Part shown: one piece after another, positions 1 through 10,568 of the stretch | Position numbering within the stretch: the first letter of the stretch is position 1 | Layout of the letters: each line of letters opens with the position of its first letter | From: Lingula anatina | Taxonomy: Eukaryota; Animalia; Brachiopoda | Direction: 5' to 3' | DNA length: 64,000 nucleotides | NCBI GenBank assembly: GCA_051362555.1 | Contig: CM120640.1 | Span: forward strand, 30,771,967 to 30,835,966 | Translations under genes and position numbers: made by a program | The notes under the pieces: model-generated | Seen by the model: only the letters and a program-made list of their open reading frames with translations | The model's database searches: none | What the model was told of the DNA's origin: nothing

Positions 1-238
1 AAAATGGTATTCATCTTCAATTACCAGTTATCATTACCAAAAGATTAATATTTGGACATATATTAAATATTAAATAAGTCTTTTAAAAATTGTTGCAATG
101 ATTATACCTTATATGCCTTTAAGAAAAAACAGTTTGATAATGAATAACTTATTTTCTAAGATGCATTTGATATCATCTAAGATGACTTAACAATTTTTTC
201 TTAAAATTCTTTGCAAGAGAGAGAGAGAGAAATCTTAC

Positions 239-326
239 CTTCTTCTTTGCAGAAATAGGAACACAACAATAACTGCCTCTAATAGGATGACCCCAAGTAT
301 AATGGGGACCACAATGGCAGCTGTTT
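239..326 (-). CDS. Transmembrane exon (TAAIVVPIILGVILLEAVIVVFLFLQRR)
   Basis: ttatttcag acceptor, AG|gtaaga donor, phase 1 to 2; ~23 hydrophobic residues followed by a basic stop-transfer QRR. Confidence 0.85.
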
Positions 327-917
327 CTGAAATAACATATTTACTGGGAATGTATCAAATCAAGAAGGGAAATAATTCATTGAAGAAGCAACAGGGACTT
401 ATTTACAATATGATAAAAATACCATACAGCAATTTAACTAGAACAACCAAGACTGACATAAGATGAATTTAATCTTAGATGCAAAAATGTTAAAAGAAAC
501 TTACTACGAGATATGATAATCAACAAAATGAAATTTTAAAGCAAAATACAGTTTTTCAAATTTGACCTCAAAAAGGATCTTGATTAAAGATTATGTAGTC
601 TACTATCAACTTATGTGAACTTGCATCAGCTCCAGTGAAAGCTGAAGGCTCCTTTTCACAGTATTCTCCATAATACTGTGAAATTTGATCAAATTTATTC
701 AAATACAGAGTGACAAAATTTTTGGCTTTAAATAAAATAAAAACAAAAACTCAACACCATTTCAGATGTAGGCAAGCCATGCTGCATTTTTCTTTAATTA
801 TATCAATTCATAAACATGGGTAGATTTCACAAGATAAACAGCCAGTATACAACAGCATACCCTGGTTTTCCTCAACTGCACAAACTCCAGGATTGCATTT
901 TTGATTTGCAAAATCAT

Positions 918-1079
918 CAGCCGTAGCCAGCAATTTCAAAGGGGGGTTCTTTTTCTGAAAAAGTGGACCTTTTACCATATAATCCCCATGTACATGTACC
1001 TAGGTCAAATTTTACACAGAGTGGACCTTTTTCCAGCAAAAAGGGGGGTTCTTTTGAACCCCCCCTGGCTACAGGCCTG
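918..1079. mobile_element. Short MITE (hAT-like CAG(G)CC(T)GTAGCCAG termini)
   Basis: Imperfect terminal inverted repeats cagccgtagccag / ctggctacaggcctg; no clean TSD. Confidence 0.6.
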
Positions 1080-1174
1080 TTTATCTTCATATTAAAATCT
1101 TCATGTGTATAATAAAATAAAATGCAATCAAATGGAATACGCTTAAATACCACATATATGAGAAAAGCTAATAC

Positions 1175-2129
1175 CTTCACCCAGACATCTGGGCTGCATA
1201 CAACACCTGGGCATTGCTCTCTGACATAACGTAAATTTCCACATTTCCACAATTCACTTGCTGGAAATAAAAATCAAGTCTTACAATCGTGCAGGTTACA
1301 TTTGAAGTGATTTAGCACACTTTTATTGTTAATGGTAGTAAAAATTGACAAATGAAAATATTTGCTCAGAAAGTATGACTAATTCCATTTTAAAACAAAG
1401 ATATGGGAAGGCATGGTGATGGTCAGCTTGCATTAAAACAAAGCTCTTTTGTGAGTGATAATCCATTCAATTTTTAAGAATTTGGGCAATTTCTTATCCC
1501 CTAATGCCTTTTCATGACTTATCAAATGCTTATTAGGGTGGGGTGTGGGTGGGGGGAAGCTTACCTCAGGTGGCTTCTGTGTTTGTGAGTTCACAATCTG
1601 CAAAGTCCATCAAAATTGGTAATTGGATGAGTGTCCTGTCTCAACAACCCTACGTAACACTCCAGGGACACTACATGTGTCAGGCATCAGATTGACAGTA
1701 ACAAAGGCCACACTGATTAGAGATTTTCCATACACCACTTCCTGATAGACCTTACTGTAAAAAGAAATCAGTGATTTTTATATTTTTACTTTCAAACAGA
1801 GCCTATTTCAGTTATGTTGCATTATTGATTGCATTGAAGACAATTGCAGTTCATTCTTTTGTAATTTAATAAAGAAACACTTAATGAAATCATGAATGCA
1901 GTTCATCCTCTCACCTTGCAAATGATGCCCTCCTATTCCTAAAGGAGAGTACAGGAGGTAAAGTCAAAGTAGTGATGTTTGTGACAGGGGGTGGGGTCTC
2001 CAGAGCATATCCCTGCAGATTAAATATATAGCCGTTTAAACTTTCCACTATAAAAAACATCTTCTGATGGGAGGATTGCCTCATTATCCACATTGGTCAC
2101 ATTAAGTGGCTTTGTTGCTCAGCAGGTAT
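1175..2129 (-). pseudogene. Three consecutive extracellular exons (1915-2129, 1565-1754, 1175-1260) with in-frame TGA codons
   Basis: Canonical splice sites (tttcag/AG|gtgaga; ttacag/AG|gtaagc; ttccag/AG|gtatta). The best shared frame has TGA at 2097-2099, 1610-1612 and 1177-1179. Confidence 0.65.
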
Positions 2130-2835
2130 CTGAAAATATTTTAATACATCATTTAATAAAATAGACAGACAGATAGATAGAATTAAATTAATAACACAGT
2201 ATCATAATGATGCTATGATAGATATTCTATGTTAAATTTTTGGTTTAATAGTTTATTTAATATACCAAATTTTACTCAGACTAAATTAACATGAAACACA
2301 TACACACACACACACACAAACACAAAAGACACAAATTATGTGTTCTTTATTTTCTTTAACTGAGGTGAGAAAGCAATCGGTAGGGGGTGTAACTTCATCC
2401 CTGCAAAAGATTTTGTCACCAATGTGGCAAAGTTGACCACAAGTCTTAGGACTATAATCCTGTGCTGTCATTTTTTATGGAGTTATGAACCCCTAATAAC
2501 AGATTTCCATTCAACAAAGGCATCATTTTGCTTTGTTAATGATTAAATCTGAACTAAGGCTTTTAAGAAAAATTGCTGGCAGGGTTTTGGAATATTAAAT
2601 GGTGTCATTAAATTTGTGTTAAAACAGTGTTTGTGCATGCTCAGGTAAAAGAGAAATGTGACATGACGTGTGTAAATGCTAATTAATTTTGTCATGGAAC
2701 ACTGAAGATATATTTATTATCCAAAATGATGTATGTTTTCAATAAATAAGGAGTTTTTGGCAAATGTTTAGTAATATAGTATCCTTAAAAAAGACAAAGT
2801 TTCATAATTTTATAATCCAAACTCAGTTTCGGCAC

Positions 2836-3002
2836 CTAGTTTTTGTGCATCTCCACACTCCAGCCAATGTTTCTTCCTCACCAGCCATAATACACATCTC
2901 CATACTCCAGCCCATGTTTCTTCCTCTGATCGAGTCACCAGCCATAATACACATTCCTTTGGCATTATGTCAACCATGAATCAGGCTGAAGTGGCAATCC
3001 CT
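2836..3002 (-). pseudogene. Degraded exon with an internal ~50-bp tandem duplication (..MCIMAG..MCIMAGEEETLAGVWRCTKT)
   Basis: atttgtag acceptor; duplicated ctccagcc..atgtttcttcctc..caccagccataatacacat block; in-frame TGA; donor weak. Confidence 0.45.
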
Positions 3003-3097
3003 CTACAAATATATAAAGAGAGAAAATGAAAATGTAATTAATATAGGCTTGCACATTCACTTAAATAAATGAATGATTAAAATATAGGGCAATGCCT

Positions 3098-3792
3098 AAA
3101 CCATATCAAAAACAAAAAAATGGGCACCACCTCCAGTATTGCACTTGACAAGGTCTACAAAATGCAATAAAACAGAGATCTCTGGCATTTACCATTCCAG
3201 ATTTAGAGCGAGTTTTCAGTTTCGGTATCTAATGGCGGCTTCTCCCGTGAAAATGCACCGATTGACCCCAAACTCTCAAAGATGAAAGGAGACCCAATGG
3301 TAACCCCTCACTAAAATAGGAGAGCTTAGGGCTGCATAGTTTCCAAAAATTAGCACAAACAAATATTTTTTTACAGAAAATTCCCATTTTTAGAAAATTT
3401 TGGCTTGTTTGACCTTGAAAAAACAGTCAAAAGTCAAATCCAAGGACATATTTAGAATCTCCACATGTGACTTTCGGTCAGACTTCTGTAGTAATTTTTC
3501 CCATAATTCCTTTGGTTTGGGAGATATTTAGCATTGAATTTTCAAAAATTTTGACAAGGGTGCATTTCAACAAGCGTCACGCCCAGGCCAGTGCACTGAC
3601 GGAGACAAAAAAACCAGGGTGTTTAAGTTGAGATTATATGTGACCTAAATCCAAGAGATGGGGACACAGGTCCTTGCGGTCTAGGAGGAGAAGCGGTAAC
3701 GGTGATTTGTTTCCGGCGCCCGACTGCGGAGCCGGCGGAGCTGTACGAGACGGGTTGGGACTAAAACCATGAGTACCGCCAGCGTACACGCT
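3098..3792 (-). mobile_element. Truncated copy of HINE-like family A
   Basis: Colinear with 7880-8560, 8700-9393 and 18429-19063; ends in a remnant of the accgccagcg hairpin. Confidence 0.8.
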
Positions 3793-3874
3793 TAATAAGA
3801 TTCACATTAAGAAAATGCCCATCCTCATAAATGCAGAATATTAAATATAAACCAAGCTAAACATTGGACTTTAC

Positions 3875-4431
3875 TTTATATAGATTCCTGATTAAGTAAT
3901 ATAAGCCAGTTGATGGCACTGATTGAAATTTTAAATGAAATATGATGTTACCCTTTTCTGCATTCTTCATTGAGCTCACGGCAGCCACCTTTTATTAAAT
4001 AATAAAGCCCACCAGAATGGACTATTCTGGCAATCAAAGTTCTGAAGCTTATATAAATGCCAAGAATATTGTCAAGGGATAACAAATCATACGAGATCCA
4101 TACTATACTTTACAATAAATACATTGTAAACAACTCAGAAATGTAATAAATTCTATTATACCACCAAAACAGAAGTTATCATAATTATGTGTTAATTAAG
4201 TTGAACTTACTTTGGGTCTTTATATTCATTGCCAAAATCTCAAATGCCTGTGAAATGAAAAAAAAAAAAAAAAAAAAACTTACAATTTCAACCTGACAGT
4301 GATAATATAAACTTTTTTAGTCAATGATGTATGATTTCATCATTAACTTTACAAATTTTGCATTTATATTATTTTGTTAGTCAGAAAAATTAACTCACTT
4401 TTTGTTTAATAAACTTTGCTCCAAAGTAACC

Positions 4432-4468
<37 letters not shown>

Positions 4469-4974
4469 TGAACAGTATCCCTTAATAAAGTTTGCATGCC
4501 TTTGAAGTTTAGGTATGTCTATGTTTTGTTGAGGTTACAAACTATTGTCTGAACCGTGAAGCAATTTAGCATCTTAAACTGCATTCCCACAGATTTTAGA
4601 TTGATCTATCCCCATAGGAAGTCTCACTAGATAACTGTCAGCTTAGCCAGCTGAAACGTCTGTCCGGCCTACTAAAAGCTGACAGCAATTGATCATGAAC
4701 CCCCAGGGAGTTAGGTCAATCCAGATAGATCAATCTACATCTTTGGGAATGCAGTCTTAGAAAAACTGTAATTAAAACTTAAATGCCTTTACATTTTTCA
4801 CCTACGTTTCCTTTTCTTCTTCACTTGAACTATCCACAAAATACTAAATTCTAGTGGTTTTACAATTGGAACATGGTAGAAAAACCATAATTTTTTAAAT
4901 TTCCTTACGTTTTGCAATCTTTGAGAGTCACGTTCATCCTTAGTGCCGGACAGGCAATTATAATCCTCTACAAT
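3875..4974 (-). CDS. Three small phase-compatible exons: 4909-4974 IVEDYNCLSGTKDERDSQRLQN, 4211-4247 AFEILAMNIKTQ, 3875-3918 (M)PSTGLYYLIRNLYK
   Basis: AG/GT boundaries; phases 0-0, 0-1, 1-0 give an open spliced frame. Confidence 0.55.
4578..4757. mobile_element. MITE with ACTGCATTCCCA TIR; related inverted copy at ~45655-45870
   Basis: actgcattccca ... tgggaatgcagt inverted termini; the internal gaacccccagggagttaggtc is the reverse complement of sequence at ~45695-45715. Confidence 0.65.
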
Positions 4975-5865
4975 CTGAAAAACAAAATTAATAATTTGAA
5001 TATATATATATATATATATAGATTGATATATAAATTCTTTTATGTAATTATTTGTGTATTAATTTTTTGAGATGTACAGACACAGATGTCACTACAATCA
5101 TGTAGTTGTCACTTGCGTCTTTCGTCACCATTCACTTTCAGTGATAACACCATAAGTGGAAAAACACTTTAACTTTTCTCTTAAAACTTTTGAACTCTCA
5201 TGTTTCTGAGGTCTATGCTAGTTACACATCCCTAATATATGTGTTACTTGTTGTGCACAATTAAAACTTGGTGTTGATTTTGCTGTTAGGCCTAATTCAT
5301 TATTGCATCTAATGTTGTGTATCATTTAATGTTACATCTGGTCAACACCATTATACGGCTCAGAGACATAGACAATAACAAAACCAACAGTGAAAAAACT
5401 AGGTATATAGGATGATATCATGGACTGAACACTACAGTAATGAGGAAGTACTAAATAATCTAAAAATGAAAAGATAATTGTTGAACACCACAAGAAAACA
5501 AAATTACCTCATTTTGGAGATATCATAAGGAAAAATAATTTGCAGCTGTTGTTGTTAAAACCTGCTTTTTCAATAGGAATTAGCCATCCACAGACAGGTA
5601 GAGAATGGAAAGGGTACTCTGGAAAAAGAGCAATATAATTGAAAAAAACTGAAAACTAGAGGATCAGAGAGGCGATACCGCCTCCGAATATTGTACCACC
5701 AGCTGGAGCAAGCGCATTCGTATAGACCCCCACATACACAAAATAAGGGGTGCAGCCACCAGTCTTGTGCTTGACAAGCTGTAAAAATGCAATCAACAAG
5801 AATTTTCAAAATATGCAAAAAATATATATAACTAAAAATGGTGCAATCAAAGTTAAGTTCATTGT

Positions 5866-7290
5866 AAGGTAGGTCAAAGGTCAATTTCAAGGTCACAGTA
5901 AATTGCCAGTATATGACTTCCTATCCAACTTCAATAGTAACTATGGACCTATCTCTGCCAGTTTTGGAGATAAAAGGGAAGCAAAATTTGCAAAGTTCAG
6001 TTCATGGTGAAAAGTAGGTCAAAGGTCAATTTCAAGGTCACAGTAAGATTGCCAGTATATGACTTCCTATTCAACTTCAATAGTAACTATGGACTTATCT
6101 CTGCCAGTTTTGGAGATAAAAGGGAAGCAAAATTTGCAAAGTTCAGTTCATGGTGAAAAGTAGGTCAAAGGTCAATTTCAAGGTCACATTTAGATTGCCA
6201 GTATATGACTTCCTATTCAACTTCAATAGTAACTATGGACCTATCTCTGCCAGTTTTGGAGATAAAAGGGAAGCAAAATTTGCAAAGTTCAGTTCATGGT
6301 GAAAAGAAGGTCAAAGGTCAATTTCAAGGTCACAGTAAAATTGCCAGTATATGACTTCCTATGCAAGTTCAATAGTAACTATGGACCTATCTCTGCCAGT
6401 TTTGGAGATAAAAGGGAAGCAAATTTTGCAAAGTTCAGTTCAAGGTGAAAAGTAGGTCAAAGGTCAATTTCAAGGTCACAGTAAAATTGCCATTATATGA
6501 CTTCCTATTCAAGTTCAATAGTAACTATGGACCTATCTCTGCCAGTTTTGGAGATAAAAGGGAAGCAAAATTTGCAAAGTTCAGTTCATGGTGATAAGTA
6601 GGTCAAAGGTCAATTTCAAGGTCACAGTAAGATTGCCAGTATATGACTTCCTATTCAACTTCAATAGTAACTATGGACCTATCTCTGCCAGTTTTGGAGA
6701 TAAAAGGGAAGCAAAATTTGCAAAGTTCAGTTCATGGTGAAAAGTAGGTCAAAGGTCAATTTCAAGGTCACATTTAGATTGCCAGTATATGACTTCCTAT
6801 TCAACTTCAATAGTAACTATGGACCTATCTCTGCCAGTTTTGGAGATAAAAGGGAAGCAAAATTTGCAAAGTTCAGTTCATGGTGAAAAGAAGGTCAAAG
6901 GTCAATTTCAAGGTCACAGTAAAATTGCCAGTATATGACTTCCTATGCAAGTTCAATAGTAACTATGGACCTATCTCTGCCAGTTTTGGAGATAAAAGGG
7001 AAGCAAATTTTGCAAAGTTCAGTTCAAGGTGAAAAGTAGGTCAAAGGTCAATTTCAAGGTCACAGTAAAATTGCCAGTATATGACTTCCTATTCAAGTTC
7101 AATAGTAACTATGGACCTATCTCTGCCAGTTTTGGAGATAAAAGGGAAGCAAAATTTGCAAAGTTCAGTTCATGGTGAAAAGTAGGTCAAAGGTCAATGT
7201 CAAGGTCACAGTAAGATTGCCAGTATATGACTTCCTATTCAACTTCAATAGTAACTATGGACCTATCTCTGCCAGTTTTGGAGATATAAG
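5866..7290. repeat. 146-bp tandem satellite, ~9.7 copies, inside HINE A
   Basis: aggtcaaaggtcaatttcaaggtcac recurs at 5871, 6016, 6162, 6308, 6454, 6600, 6746, 6892, 7038, 7184. Confidence 0.95.
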
Positions 7291-7538
7291 GGACTAAATG
7301 TTATAATTTTGGAGTTACCATAATGTGCCATAAATTGCCTACAGAAAAAATTAATTAAAATAAAGAAAAGGTCATTTTGGTCAAAGTTCTTGAAATGGGA
7401 GGTTCTCTGAAGTTGCAGAAGTTTAAATTTGATAAAATAATGTCATTTTTGACCACAAGTTGTCTGCTTTGCCAAGCATTATGTTTTATTTTTCCGGAGT
7501 TCAAAATTTATTATCCATTACCGTACTGCACATTTTTA

Positions 7539-7826
7539 CAGAAGCCGACTGGTGCCATATGTTGAAAAAAAAAATTATCTCGAAATTTCGAGATAGCATT
7601 TTTTTTGTTCAAATTTCAAAATACTATCTCGAAATTTCGAGATAAATTTTTTTGCTCAAATATCAAAATGCTATCTCGAAATTTCGAGATAATTTTTTTT
7701 TTGTTCAAATTTCAAAATGCTATCTCGAAATTTCGAGATAAAAATTTTTTTTGTTCAAATTTCAAAATAGTATCTCGAAATTTCGAGATAATTTTTTTTT
7801 CTACATATGGCACCAGTCGGCTTCCG
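7539..7826. mobile_element. TA-flanked (Tc1/mariner-type) MITE with five 20-bp perfect palindromes
   Basis: TA|cagaagccgactggtgccatatg ... catatggcaccagtcggcttccg|TA; internal TATCTCGAAATTTCGAGATA about every 49 bp; absent from the homologous family A copy at ~14680. Confidence 0.85.
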
Positions 7827-9393
7827 TACATTTTCCTTTCACCACCAATATGTACTTTCTGATACAGCGTAACTCGAAAACCGTATGGAATACAAAAAAA
7901 ACCGAGACCACCTCCAGTGTTGGGCTTTACATGCTCTACAAAATGCAAAAAAGAATGGGTCTCTAGCATTAACGGTTCCCGAATTAGAGACAGTTTTCAG
8001 TTTCGGTATCTTATGGCCGCTACTCCTGTGAAAATGCACCGATTGACCCCAAATTCACGGAGATGAAAGATGACCTGAAGGGTAACACTTTCCAATAATA
8101 TTATTGGTTAAGTCTGTGTGGCGTCTGAATAACAGGGCAAAAAAATTTTTTTTCGTAAAAAATTTCATTTTTTTGAAAATTTTGACCCATTTGACCTTGA
8201 AGTAAAGGTCAAAGGTCAAATCCGAGGGTATATTTGAAATCTACACATATGACTTTTGGAAAGCCGTCTATAGAAATTTTTCCCGTAACTCCTTCTGTAG
8301 GGTAGATAATTAGCATTTAATTTTGCCATTTTTAGACAAGGGTGCATTGCAATGAGTGCCACACCCAGACCCCAATACCGACAAAGCCCAAATTTTACGT
8401 GGAACGAGTTGAGATTATAGGTGACCTAAATCCATGAGATGGGTACGGGGGCCCTTACCGTCTAGGAGGAGAAGCGGTAACGGTAACATGGCGGCGGAGC
8501 CGGCGGAACGGAACGGACGGGACCGAAACCATGTGTACCGCCAGCGCTAACGCTGGTGGTAAATTTTTTTTGTTCAAATTTCAAAATAGTATCTCGAAAT
8601 TTCGAGATAATTTTTTTTTCTACATATGGCACCAGTGGGCTTCCGTACATTTTCCTTTCACCACCAATATGTACTTTTTGATACAGCGTAACTCGAAAAC
8701 CGTATGGAATACAAAAAAACCGAGACCACCTCCAGTGTTGGGCTTTACATGCTCTACAAAATGCAAAAAAGAATGGGTCTCTAGCATTAACGGTTCCCGA
8801 ATTAGAGACAGTTTTCAGTTTCGGTATCTTATGGCCGCTACTCCTGTGAAAATGCACCGATTGACCCCAAATTCACGGAGATGAAAGATGACCTGAAGGG
8901 TAACACTTTCCAATAATATTATTGGTTAAGTCTGTGTGGTGTCTGAATAACAGGGCAAAAAATTTTTTTTTCGTAAAAAATTTCATTTTTTTGAAAATTT
9001 TGGCCCATTTGACCTTGAAGTAAAGGTCAAAGGTCAAATCCGAGGGTATATTTGAAATCTACACATATGACTTTTGGAAAGCCGTCTGTAGAAAATTTTC
9101 CCGTAACTCCTTCCGTAGGGTAGATAATTAGCATTTAATTTTGCCATTTTTGGACAAGGGTGCATTGCAATGAGTGCCACACCCAGACCCCAATACCGAC
9201 AAAGCCCAAATTTTACGTGGAACGAGTTGAGATTATAGGTGACCTAAATCCATGAGATGGGTATGGGGGGCCTTACCGTCTAGGAGGAGAAGCGGTAACG
9301 GTAGCCGTCCGGCGGAGCCGGCGGAGCCGGCGGAACGATCCGGACGAGACCGAAACCATGTGTACCGCCAGCGCTAACGCTGGTGGTACAATA
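7742..9393. repeat. ~820-bp near-identical tandem duplication of the HINE A terminus (7742-8560 / 8561-9393)
   Basis: Direct comparison; ORF-track peptides 7839-8039 and 8462-8857 share the same N-terminal half. Confidence 0.92.
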
Positions 9394-10568
9394 ACACTGA
9401 AAACACTGGCAAATTCCACGACTTAAAATAGTTCAACATTAATAATTTTGTCAAATCTAGTCCAATGTTTCTGATATTTGTACAAATTAAGCTTAACAAC
9501 AATAAAAATCTTGTTTGTTTTTTTTTTAAGTGTAATTTTTTTATGAAATTGATAATCAGAAGAGTGAGAATTAACCAGATTTAGTTTCTTAATTGCAATG
9601 TATTATTTACTCTCAAAGAAAACAGCAAATGTGATGATTTGGGGTTGTTTGAGTAAGAGGTGGCAAATTACCTATAAGTTCTATCTGGAAAACAATATAA
9701 ACCCATACAAAACTCCTTACTACCAATGGCAGATGCAGATTACTGCTTACAATGGGTTTCTGGAATGGGTTGTTGTTACCACAATATTTGACAAATCTTG
9801 CCACATATCATGTATTGTAATCATGGATAAGAGATAGTACTGCTCTTGATGCTGTCTTTTACTGCCAGCTTTTTCATGTTAAGGGTACTCTGGAAAAAGA
9901 ATAATATAAATAAAAAAACTGAAAATTACATTGAAAAGACTGGCAAATTCAATGACTTAAAATAGTTAAATGTTTACAATTTTGTAAAATCTAGTCCAAT
10001 ATTACTGAAATTTGTACAAATGATGCTGAACAACAATAAAAATCTGTGATAAGCTGATCAGTTGACTGTGTCTAATTAAAAGTATTTTTTCAGACAATAT
10101 ATTTGAACAAACTGAAAATTACATTGAAGATTGGCAATATAAATATGTGATAAGCTGATCAGTTGTCTGTCTTTTTTTAAGCATCAGTTTTTTTTTGGAA
10201 AGAGAGAAGAGTGAGAATTAACCAAAACTAATATTTCAACATTGAACTGTATTATTTACTCTCAAAGAAAACTGCAAACATGATGATTTGAGGTTGTTTG
10301 TGTAAGAGGTTGCAAATTACTTATAAGTATTATATGGAAAACAATATATACCCATACAAGACTTCTACTTATTACCAATGCCAGATGCAGATTATGGGTT
10401 TCTGGAATGGGTTGCTGTTAGCACAATATTTGACTATGTCCTAAATCTTGCCACATATCATGTATTGTACACATGGATAAGACATAGTGCTGCTCTTGGT
10501 GCTGTCTTAAGCTTTCACTGCCTGCTTTTTCATGTTAAGGGTACTCTGGAAAAAGAATAATATAACTA

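Larger units (their letters stand above)
5655..9393 (-). mobile_element. Helentron-associated non-autonomous element (HINE-like family A), ~3.74 kb
   Basis: Exact 15-bp subterminal inverted repeat tattgtaccaccagc (5689-5703) / gctggtggtacaata (9379-9393). Hairpins at both ends (gaggcg-atac-cgcctc; tgtaccgccagcg-ctaa-cgctggtggtaca), GGCGGAGCC micro-repeats and a central satellite. Inserted in an A-run with no TSD relative to sister intron repeats. Confidence 0.8.
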
